A stretch of DNA of 64,000 nucleotides from Gordius albopunctatus (Eukaryota), in the NCBI GenBank assembly GCA_964276515.1, contig OZ193910.1:682001-746000 (forward strand), written 5' to 3'. Shown piece by piece: positions 24,639 to 36,600 of the stretch. Below the pieces are notes generated by a model, which did not search any database, was not told the origin of the DNA, and saw only the letters and a list, made by a program, of their open reading frames with translations. The stretch's first letter is position 1; each line of letters starts with the position of its first letter. Both the position numbers and the translations under genes were made by a program.

Positions 24639-27600
24639 TCAAGGGTCAAAAACTAACCATTTTTCGCGCACTTCTTCGACCTCCTTTCGCAACAGAGGAT
24701 CACGAATTTTGACGATAACCTCCAGCCTCCCACCCGCCTCTTTCCTTCCCTCCATCAGGTTACAGCACTCGTGCAGGGTTGCGGATTGCTCCAGGGGCGC
24801 TAGTTTCAGACTAACGTTGCCCAGACATTTGTCACCGTTGATGAAACGCATGAGACCCCTCAAGCGAGAATTCAATGGAAAACAATACAAAATTCGCAAA
24901 ACAAAAGTAAGTTTAAATGTATTGAATGGAGATCATTCGCAACAAAACTATATATTTCAAATTATGATTTGCGACCCGATATCGTGATACTATCACGTGT
25001 ATACCTTAAATTGCATAACAATCAAAATGATTCAAATAAATTTATTAATCAAAATGTGTGTATCATCAATAGTTTCATAAATCCCACTTTAATTTGTCAA
25101 TTCAATTTACACACCACAAGTTTATCTTAATCTCGCGTCGCGGAAACCAAAATTTGAAACGCGGTTGAGAGGGATTCGTTCAACAAAAATTTTAAACGCT
25201 TTCAGGTGGCCGTTCAAATTAAATTTTTGTTAAAATAAAGGCTCGGGTTCGGGTTTAAACAAAGTGGCTNNNNNNNNNNNNNNNNNNNNNNNNNNNNNNN
25301 NNNNNNNNNNNNNNNNNNNNNNNNNNNNNNNNNNNNNNNNNNNNNNNNNNNNNNNNNNNNNNNNNNNNNNNNNNNNNNNNNNNNNNNNNNNNNNNNNNNN
25401 NNNNNNNNNNNNNNNNNNNNNNNNNNNNNNNNNNNNNNNNNNNNNNNNNNNNNNNNNNNNNNNNNNNNNGAATAAAAATGGCGTGGCAATCATATTAGCT
25501 TCCCATCTGCAAGATAAAGTCATTGAGGTACATAGAAAAAGTGGGCGACTCATGATGTTGAAACTATGCATAGAAGGTCAAATGATTAATGTAGTTTCCG
25601 GATATGCTCCGCAAACAGGATGCACAGATGAAGAAAAGGAGGAATTTCGGGAAGGATTAGACGAAATGCTGCGAATGATACCCAGAGCCGTTATAGTTAT
25701 AATTGGAGCCGATATGAATGGTCACGTAGGCAAAATAAGAGAAGGATTTGAACGGTATCATGGTGGAAATGGATACGGAGCGAGAAACGATAAAATATTG
25801 AAAATAGCCGTAGCATTTGATTTGGCCATCACAAATACCTTCTTAAAAAAGAATGTAAATCACCTAATAACGCACAAAGGTTGAAATTGATCTTCGCAGA
25901 TGACTTCCTCCTAATATCAAGAAAGGAATTAAAGAATGTACGAGATTGTAAGGTGATACCAGGTGAAGCTACTGCAGCCCAGCATAGACTTGTTGTGATG
26001 GACTATACCATCTCCAAGGCTAAAATACAAAAGCCGAAGAGATTAAATGGGAAAATCAAATGGTTACGACTACCAAAATTGAAAGATATTTACAATGACC
26101 AAATAGTTGAAAGCCTGCAAATAGATGATCAGCAGAATGCTAACGATATGTGGAATAACATAGCTAACACGGTACAATCAGTAGCGAGATGTGTTCTAGA
26201 AGGTAAACCAGGTATACAAAAAGATAAGGAGACATGGTGGTGGAACGAAGACGTGCAACGCCTGGTCAAGTTGAAAAGAAAGCTTTACAAATTATGGTCA
26301 GGCAACAGAAATGAAGAAACACGCTTGGCATATGCGAAAGCTAAAAACGAGGCAAAACGTTGTGTAGCCAAGGCTAAAAAGGGTTCTACGAAAATTTGAA
26401 TGCCAAGTTAACCAGTAAAGAAGGGGAAAGAATGATCTACAAAATCGCAAAGACCAGAGCAAGGAACTCAAAGGATGTGGTAAACGTGAAATTTATAAAG
26501 ATCAAGGAAAGCATCAGTCTAATTCTGGACCATCAAATCATAGATCGTTGGGAAGAATACTATAAAGAATTATTAAACAATGAAAATGTGTTTTCGGACC
26601 ACTGCGAAAGCAAGACCTATGAATATTACCCACAGTTAGAAGTGACAGAGGAAGGGGTTGACCAGGTGCTTAAAAAGATGACCATGGGTAAAGCGGTAGA
26701 ACCTGATAATATACCTATGGAAGCTTTTAAAATGCTAGAACCCTTAGGTGTACATCTACTTGCAAAGCTGTTTAACAAAATAATTGAAAGTGGTATGATG
26801 CCTGATCTATAAATTGAAGGGAGATGTACAAGAATGCAACAACTATCGAGGGATAGAGTTAACGAGTCACGAAATGAAGGTTTGGGAAAATTTTATAGAA
26901 GCTAGACTCCGAAAAATAATATCAATAGATGAACGAAAATTTGGGTTCGTGCTTGGAAAGTCGACTTCAGATGCAATACATGGTCTTAAAAGACTTATTG
27001 AATTATATAAGGAAAAACAAAGGGATCTTCATATGTATGTGTTTCATCGATCTTGAAAGCTTTCGATAAAGTGCCAAGGCAGTTGATATGGGATATAGCC
27101 CAAGTTCCAATGGTGTACTCGACGCTTATATAATGTTAATAAAGGATATGTATAGAAACGCAAAAACCAAAGTTCGGACATTTAGTGGTACATCAAAGGG
27201 ATTCAGTCTAAATGTCGGTGTGCATCAAGGATCGGCCCTAAGTTCATTGCTCTTCATAACAATAATGGATTCGATAACGAAGGATCTGAAACGCGAATCA
27301 CCTTGGTCAATTCTCTTTGCGGATGATATCGTCCTGTGCACAGGCTTAAACGTGGAATTAGCAGAGCAGGTAAAAGTGTGGATGCAACGAATTGAAAGCA
27401 AAGGCCTTAGGGTCAACCGACATAAAACGGAATATGTATGCTTGGAGTCGGGGAATGAATACAAAGAAACACACCTGCAAATCGATGACTGGCGTTTAAG
27501 CAGCAGGAAAGAATTCAAATATCTTGGTTCTAGGGTACAATGTGATGGAGGTGTGGAAAACGAAATTAAGGCAAGAATAAACGCAGGCTGGCTAAAATTC

Positions 27601-30600
27601 AGGGAATTGAGTGGTCTCCTATGTGACAAGCACATACCACTCAAATTGAAAGGACGGTTATATAACACCGTTATTGTACCCACGGTATTGTATGGAGCGG
27701 AAACCTGGGCAATTAAGGCAAAAGAGGAGCAAAGCTTGGCTACAATGGAGATACGAATGTTGAGATGGATCTTGGGAATAAGCAAAAAGGACCATATAAG
27801 GAATCAAGACATAAGGGATAAACTAAATGTACTTCCAATTTAGAGAAAGTTGGTGGTAAGATTGAGATGGTATGGCCATTTGGAGAGACGGGAGGAAAGT
27901 CAGTTGGCAATCGTATCAAGAAAGTGCAAGTCGAAGGTAAGCGAAAGAGAGGGAGACCTAAACTAACATGGAAGCATAAAATAGATATGACTTGAGAAGG
28001 TACGAGCTAAAGCGAAGCTGCTGTAAGTGCAGGAAAACATGGAGAACCTACTTGAAAGAGCTGACCACTAAATGTGTCAAACAGCTATAGGAAATTTTTT
28101 TTAAGTATTTTCACTTCACATTTACAAGTTTTTTCTACAAAGGTAAATGATTTGTAAGGATTAATGTGAACTATATTTTGATTTTGAAGGATATTGGATG
28201 AATAAAGTTTAATATGGTTTAGTTTAGGTAATAAATTTACAAGGTCTGATTTCATGTGATATACAATCTTTAATTATACACCTACTTATATTTCTCGGTT
28301 ATACCTAATAATTTGCAATCAAAACAATTTTACTTAGATTATTAATACATTAAAAAGAGAGTAAACAACATTTATTCGCGTATTGAACAATAGAGATTCA
28401 AATTCGCTTTTCAACAATATAAACGCTCCCTGACGTGATTTGAAAGTTTTTGTCGATATCTGCTGATAAACACAAATAAAAAAATAAAACATTAAACAAA
28501 AAATCTAATTACTAGTTAGCGAAGTAAGTATTGGCTCTTCCTTATTAATTTTTTTCCGTTTTAAAGATTTGTTTGTCACTAACTTTTGTGTTTCTATATC
28601 ACAAGAATTTTTCGTATTCACAATCTCGTTTTGATGGGCCCTATCGAAATATCGACGAGTCGCCTTAGATTCAATAATATTTTCTAATTCTTTTTCAGGG
28701 GATTCTGATACTGACAATTTTTTCGAAGGTTTTGACACTTTTTCCTCGAAGCTGAGAGCAGTTTGGGGTGGCTTTGGAGGCATAGTTAGGTTCCGCGATG
28801 CTAATTTATTAATCCACGAGGGGGGAAGAGACGGGGCATCATTTTGACATTGATCATCGCTTATATGATCTGAATGGAGGCGCGTCTCTAGCATCGTATT
28901 AAGTTCTGCATCGTCGTAAAATACGATTTGTGAATTTTGGGCGCCATTTGCTTTTTTCTTTTTGCTGGGAGTAGCATTCATCGTTTCATTGGGAGCATTA
29001 GTCTTGGGTGAATCCAAAGGTTTAGCTTCTGGCTAAAGATCATACATGTAACGATATAAAACAATTTTTAAAGTTAAAATATACTTTGGTAATTAATTTC
29101 TATTTTAAGAAATTATAAGATAATGAAAAAAACTTACGAATAATACATTGTAAAATTTAGCATATTAATAAATCCTATGTAATCATTCAAAATTTCATGA
29201 GCCCTTGAAAAGTAAAGAATTCGACTAATTTTACTGTTGAAGTTTTATTATAAACAGCTTAATTCTTTATGTTTGTATGTGTGTAAAAGTAGCCAAAATC
29301 GATTGTATTACATCTTTATTGAGAGGTTTGGGGCATTCGGGCAAGTTTAAACTAGATAGTGTAGTATCAGGAAGGGCAGGCACCACATCCTCCTTAGATG
29401 TAACTAAAATATAAAAATAGCTTTTAAAATCAATTTATATGAGCATATCATATATTTGAGTAGCACCCATAAACACTTCATCGTCATAAAATAACTCAAG
29501 ATATGTAAAGCTATCTATGAGCAACCTGTACTAATGTTGTGTTTGATAGACCTTGGGTTTTAGGCGACTAAACATAAAGAGAGCAAAGGTTTCACCAAAA
29601 ATCTTTGGGCTGTCAATATTAAGTCGAGCAAAGAGCACCCGGCCATTTATACAACACTAGGCCTGACTTTTCACAATCTAAAACTAAATTCCAGCAGCTC
29701 TTTGGCACGCTAAGGTGGTCGTCACCTTCTTTACATAATTTGAATGAGGGGGCTGACGCGCGGGTATCCAGGTCTGACAGCCGTGTGGACCATGTGAAAT
29801 TTTTTTAATTTTTGAATAAAGTGCGAGAGGCGGGATTGAACCTGCTAGGTCAAACCTACTAAAAAATTATAAAAGTTAGTATTCACCGAGAGGGGTATTG
29901 GTGTTGGGTGGAACTGTGTAGTAAGGCAGTTTGCCCCTCTGCCAATCGTAAAGTATAATTTTAGCCACGGCCGTGACGTCGGGTTCACCCCCTTTAAGGA
30001 GTCGACCCTGGCGTCGGGCTAAAATTTCCAGAAATTCGTGGGCATCCATCCCTTCCAAACGTTGAGGGTCGATGTTGAGGTCGTAATTTTGCGAGAGGTA
30101 ACTCCGCTTCGATATTTTGCTCATCACCGCTCCTATGTGCTGTTCGGGTTCTTTGACATTTTCAACCCTCACCTATGATAAACAAGATGATTATAACTGA
30201 TGATTGCATGTACATCGGCGTAGCGAGGCTTCCCCCTCTAAAGGCAAAAATCTTTTAAATTTTAATATGTATAATTATTGGAAAATTTTTAAAAATCATC
30301 AATTTGCCCCTCTCTAAACCATTATTGCCCTTTTCTAACTCCAATCCCGGCTACACCTGTATATCTTATATATAATTTTGATTTTTTCCCAATATCATAA
30401 GTTGTTTTTATTATAAATTCATAGTTTTTAACACCATAATTTATTGAATAAAAGATAAAAAAGGTACCTCAAAAATTACATATTTCTTTTCACATACTTA
30501 AATCTAAGTTCTTTATTAAGATATTGGACTATAGGGTATTAAAGTTTAAAGCTGTATTAAAATTTTAAATAATTTGGGAGGTTTAAAACAGCATCAAACT

Positions 30601-33600
30601 TAAGCAATTAGGTTTGCACATTGCAAAAATAAAAAATTTCAAAAGTTAAATCAAGGAGAAAAAGGTAAAATCTCAATATACACTCTAGTGATGGGAAAAC
30701 GCTTAGCACTAGCGCGCTTAGCACCTCCCCGCTGATGGGAATAGCCTATTAAATACGCTATGTCTACTAGCACATAGTCACTTTAAGTGCTCTAAGCTAT
30801 AGGAGATGGGAGGTTTGAGGCGCTAAAGCTATAGCCGATAGCACTTAAATGCGCTTGAGCTATAGCACGGCGCTAACATTGAGAATAATTTCAATGAAAA
30901 CAATAGAGTATAATATGAACTTGTGCGTACACTCACTCATGTTATTGTATTTTAATATCTAATAAACAATTAAAAAAATTATTCTCAATGTTAGCTAGCG
31001 CCGTGCTATAGGAGTAGCGCATTTAAGTGCTATCGGCTATAGCTTTAGTGCCTCAAACCTCCCATCTCCTATAGCTTATAGCACTTAAGGTGACTATGTG
31101 TCAGTAGAGATAGCCGCATATGGGTGCTATTTACTATAGCTTTAGCTCCTTAAAAACGCTATTTCCCCATCACTAATATACTCTAATGTCAGCTTGCAAC
31201 ATTAGTCTGTGCCTTAGTTAAATAAGATTAGTAAAGTAAAAGTGCAAATTTATCAAAGCATAAAACTCACAACTCCTTTGAGAATAATATCTGTTTCGGA
31301 ATCGTCATTGGGATACACGACTCCTGGACAGTCTATGAGGTATATACGTTTCATGAGGGTTATGTATTGCCATACCTATTATAAACAAATTACATATTCT
31401 TATAAAATTAACTTTAAGTTAGACAAATAGATTTTTTTTATTTAGAGCCATAAATATAGCAACATATAATGCCAATACTTTATGAATGCATCCATCTAAT
31501 AAATTGTAGCTAAACAAGGTTTTTTGACAATGCTGACCTTAGTTTTTCCAGGCATGGGAGCTGTTTCACATACTTTCTTGGCACGCAAGCTATTGATCAC
31601 AGAACTTTTTCCTACGTTTGGATAGCCAAAAAAGCCAACGCTTATTTGTCTTTTTTCAGGGTGCAACTAAAAAACACATTCATAATCCAATTGAAAATTA
31701 AATGTTGTTTTGTTCAAATAAATTATTAAATGCAATAACTAATTATTAAAAAATAGACTTTAAATTTATTTTTTAACTGTATATAGCTATTTATTTTTTA
31801 ATAGAAACTACAATAGTGTATAATAATATATTTATTAATAAATAATTCACCTTGGCAAATTGCCTGAGGATATTGATGAGTGAACCTTTACCAAAAGATT
31901 CAGTAATGCTAGCTTTATATGCGAGTGTAGGATATTCAGATGACAAGCATGCAACCCATCTCTTACAAATCCACTTTGGAATAAGATCGCATTTGTTCAG
32001 CACAAATATCATATGTTTATACGATTTGTGTGTGCGCAAAAATGTTTCAATATGTTTTGATCTTGTTCCTTGAGGATCTCTAGCATCTAATACTTGAATT
32101 AGTACATCAGCTGAATCTATGACCTAAAAAGTTTAATTTTAATTTTTGTTTACTTAATTAGGAGTTTTACTTTATACAATTCACCCCATAAACGTTTAGA
32201 TTGACCTTTGCTAAATATATGATCAGATGGCAATTTGCAAGTGCTAAAATCAGGCAATTCATTTTCGAGCATATCTAATTCTTTATTTCCACTCTCACCT
32301 TGTGCATCTTTGTCACTAACATGATTTGCCAATTCCTAAATTGTTATGTCAGTTAAATTTAGCATGAGTTATAAAATTTAATTTGGTTACATTGTAATCC
32401 ATGATATTAAGATTAGGTCTTTTCCTGGTAGCTTTGCGACCAAAAACATCTTGGAATTTTGTTATTTGCAAAACATGAGGCTTATCATACTAAAAATATT
32501 TGTAAAAATTAATATAAGATCAATTACCTTTTTAGTTTCATTTAATAAAGTTGTTGGCAATTTAGAGGGTGTCATAACAATTTGATAAGGATCCTTCAGA
32601 GCTTTTCCCATGTCTTCTTTAAACTTTTGAAGAGTGTCTTGATTTATTGTTCTAGTATTTCCTAAAATTCATATTTATCATATATAGAAGCTTAAAAACT
32701 GTTTTTATTAGAATATAAAATTTAATAAGAACTTAAAGTAATAACAAATTAAAGTAGATGAATATTTAAGTATTAGCGATGTATGTATCTATTCAGATCA
32801 TTTATATAGCGTATTTACCAAACCATTTTCTATTTGGTGCTATTTGGGCTTGTGTTCCAGGAGCAAGTTTTGTTTGAAAAGGTGCAGCCTTGACAATTTT
32901 TCCCTTTGCATTTCTAGGTGGAAATTAAATAAACCTATATAACTTAATTACCTCTTAGGTTTAAAATTATTTGTCATTTTAAGACGTTTAATAGTTGCTT
33001 TGTCTCTAACCATTTTAAAGCAGCGTGTGATCCCAAAGAAATATATTGTTATATGGTACCGAGCGTCAAAAAACGGTTCCCTATCAACTCGCCGAAAACC
33101 ATCTTGCCGAATTTTTTTTTTTTTTTTTTTGTTAAAAAGTTTATTTTCAAGAAACAAAGTTACATTAATAAGCGAAATACAAAAATAAAGACATATTGGT
33201 TAAATACAAAGATTTATATCATTCTCTTCTAAAATGGGCCATGAGTCGGCAAATGATTTAAAGTTGTATCGTGCAACAAGAATCCCTAGTTGTTGCCTGA
33301 GTAAAAAGGACGCAGAAATTTTAGATTTCGGGGTGCGTTTTCCGATTTCTTTAAAAAACCCCATTGCCTGTTTTCCAAAGGAACCAGAGCACGTGGCAAC
33401 GACAGGGATAAAAATATTGGATGCCAAAAGGGCGGAATACTTTGTAGTTTTACGCCCTTCTTCTGTAGCGATAGGGTCGTAATTAAAATGGGAAGGTGCA
33501 AAAAGGTCAATACAAGTAAAATCCCATTTGAGGGATAGGCCATTTTGCCAGGGGACTAGAGAAGAGCCGTCAGGGCGCATCCTACCTTCAAGAGAGGGAT

Positions 33601-36600
33601 CTGACGGCTCAAGGATTGAGGGGATTTTGGCCTTTTTAAGGGCAGCTTGAATTAATAAATTAGCTTTAGTGTGCCTAACGTATTTATATTTGTTTGCTAG
33701 GCAGTGTAGAGGGTGCCTAGCATATTCGTCTACAACGGTAAGGCAGTTTTGACAGTTGAATTCTCTGCTGTAACTAATCCCCAACCTTAAAGCTATGGAA
33801 TATGATAGCTCAAAGTCTTCAAGCAGCATTCCCAAAAGTTTGCTGGGATAGGCTTTAAGCCACTCGTGACCGGAACCGTCAAAAGCGAGGGACCTAAGGT
33901 TGTAATGCTGGCTATCATCGCTGCTCGATAAGAGGTAATCAACGGAGCGCGATACTAGTCCAGAATCCCAATCCTTTTGTCTCGTACTTTGAGGTTGGAT
34001 GGTCCCGGGTGTGACATTCAAATTCCAAAGCTCCAAGGCTTGAGTTAGCAGGGTGTCGGAATCATGTTTTATGAGATTAAAAATTAAGTTTTGGACCGAC
34101 TTAAAAGAGGAAATAAAAGCGGCTAGCGATATGCTGCCGGGAGGGCGAATTCCTAATCCTCCAGATTTGGTTGGGAGGGATGCTTGAATCCAATTGTTAG
34201 TATTAAATTTTAAATTTAAAATTTTTTCTAATAACGTTTTTAAAAAGCCTTCGTACGACTTTAAAACGTCTAGGTGTAAAAATGCGCCAGATGAGCGAAA
34301 ACAATGATTAATCTTTGAGATGTTAAAATAGTTTTTGATTATGTAAAATGAGTGATGCGCTGGCAAGCATTTTAAAAGTTCCGTTTTAGATTTTAATATT
34401 TCAAGGTTCTTATGAAGAAAATTTAGGAGAGATTTTTCACCGCCAATGGGTGATCCCAAAAGGGATATGTTTTCCTTCTCTAAAACTAAAAAAGGTTTAA
34501 AAATTGGAAAGTCAATAGTGTTGGGGGCCTGAAAGATTTCACATTTTTTCGAGTTTAATGTAAGATTCAGAGTGGGTTTAAAATTGTTGATAATTTGTAT
34601 AGCTTTACTGATCTCCTCCGGGCGGCCACATAGGGTGGCGTCGTCGAGATACCAAACATTTAAATCCAGAATACACTGAGATGATATAGCCTCGACTAAA
34701 TTATGAATGGCTAAACAAAACAAAGGAGGACCTAATGGGTCTCCTTGTTGGATGCCTTCGGACGAGTCAACGACGTATTCGCCGAATCGAAGCTTGGTTG
34801 TAGAACCATAGCTTAATAAAATGTAATTTACGAATTGTGGGAATTCAGCTAAAAAAGTGTTAATAAGGGTTTCTCTTCGAATGCAGTTAAAAGCATTGGC
34901 AAAATCTAATTTAACAAAACAGGACTCGGTGGGAATATTTTGGAGTGTTATCCGGCCAGCATGGCTGGCTGCCTCACATCCGCCTTTAATTCCGAAGCCG
35001 AGTTGATGAGGGCGGAGCTTGGCGGATAAGGAGGGTTTTATGAGTTTGCAGAGGGTTTTTGATATAATACGGCGAAAAAGACTTCCAATGGCGATGGGTC
35101 TAACTGAATTATCCGGTTTTTTGATGGCGATAAGTTTTGCACCGAATAAAATAGGGATGATTTCATGAGGAAATTTTCCGTTAACAATGATATTACAAAA
35201 GGAAGTAATAGAATTTAAAAGAGGTTCAGTATTTAAATTATTCAGGTTGAGTAAATCTTGTAGATATACTGGGCGCCATCCGTCGAGTCCGGCTGCGGAG
35301 TCCAAAGGAAAGGAGTTAAGGGCTTCACGGATGTCTGAAGACTCGAGCACTATTGATGATGGAGATGTGGGGTATCTACTGGCTGATGATGCTGCTGGGT
35401 GTTTTTGATTAAGCTCCCTATAAGAGTCAGGGCAACAAGGGGCAATTGAGTTGTTATCATAAAAAGCTCTAAGGGCACTTTTTGGATTGAAATTATGGAT
35501 TTTATTTGAAATGTGCTTGGCTGTTTGGTTAATTGTGGGTTCCAGTGGAAAGGGTTTTGTTTTACTTGTGCATGTAATGGGAACATCAGTATTAAAACAC
35601 AGAAGGGATTCCTTGATGAGGCTTGATAAATTATGTTCATTAGGTTCCCTAACATAAAGGATATAATATGGGAATTTAAAAAGTTTGTCCCAATTGGTTA
35701 AGTTATAAGGGTTTTTGATAATGGAAGTGAATATATTTAGCAGAGATTGTTGGATGGAAGGTCTGGCTCCTCTTGGGATTCTGGAGATAGTATTAGGAAA
35801 TGTGTTTGTTAAAAAAGAGTTGCTCCAAGATGAGTCAGGCGGTTGATTAATTGATGGGGAGCATTGTAAGGATGGGGGGATGACGGGGCTAGGAATTGGC
35901 GATAGGGGAGCCTCTTCAAAGTTAGAAGCCAGGGGTGGAATTGGTAAGCAGGGTGGAGGTAATTTGCCCGAAGAAGGGCATCTTGAAGACACTGGACCAT
36001 GAATCCAGAAACAATTATGTTTATCAAGGCATATTCGTCGCTTACAAGTTGGGCATAGGGGTTTAGAGATTAACATATGTGGAATAAAAAAAAAACCTTG
36101 ATGAGATTGGACAATTAAAATTAAAGTTGGGATTATTTTAAAGCTGTTTGATTTATAAGAATTTTGTAAGTTTAATAATACAAAAGAGTATCTGGGAAAA
36201 GTGTTATTAATTGTATGATATTGGAGAAAAAAAAGGCTCAAAGGATTCAACAAAGGTCATATTAAAACTTGTAAGGTATACATTGCTTACATTTTGTGAT
36301 ATGGAAACATTATAAAGTGTTTGTAAACATGGAGTTTCTTTTGATAATAGTTAAGTTGATTAATGCTTCCACATGATTTATTATTGTTGTTTGGAAGTAA
36401 AATCAATACTGAGGATTTGATCAATCACTTTCTCTTTGTATTTTTTTGTTGGTTTAATATAATGATGAATGATTTTTTGTTTAAAATGAATGTTCATAAT
36501 TGGTTTAGTGATGAATGTTTGAGGGCTTCAATTTGCTTGTCTGTTAAACAAATCAAAATGCTGTGATGATGAGATGTTAAAGAATGCCATTAAGATAATA

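Noticed and set aside
25214..25571. ORFs containing X runs (also 41625-41963)
   Set aside because: Artefacts of translating N gaps
27225..27785. 186-aa antisense ORF (also 50689-51249) and other antisense ORFs over CC2D1, GNL2 and the CRE
   Set aside because: Shadow ORFs opposite real coding sequence, with no motifs of their own
36077..36253. First 59 residues of the listed 1017-aa ORF
   Set aside because: Begins at a non-ATG codon in low-complexity AT-rich sequence; the first ATG (36076) directly precedes the Zn finger
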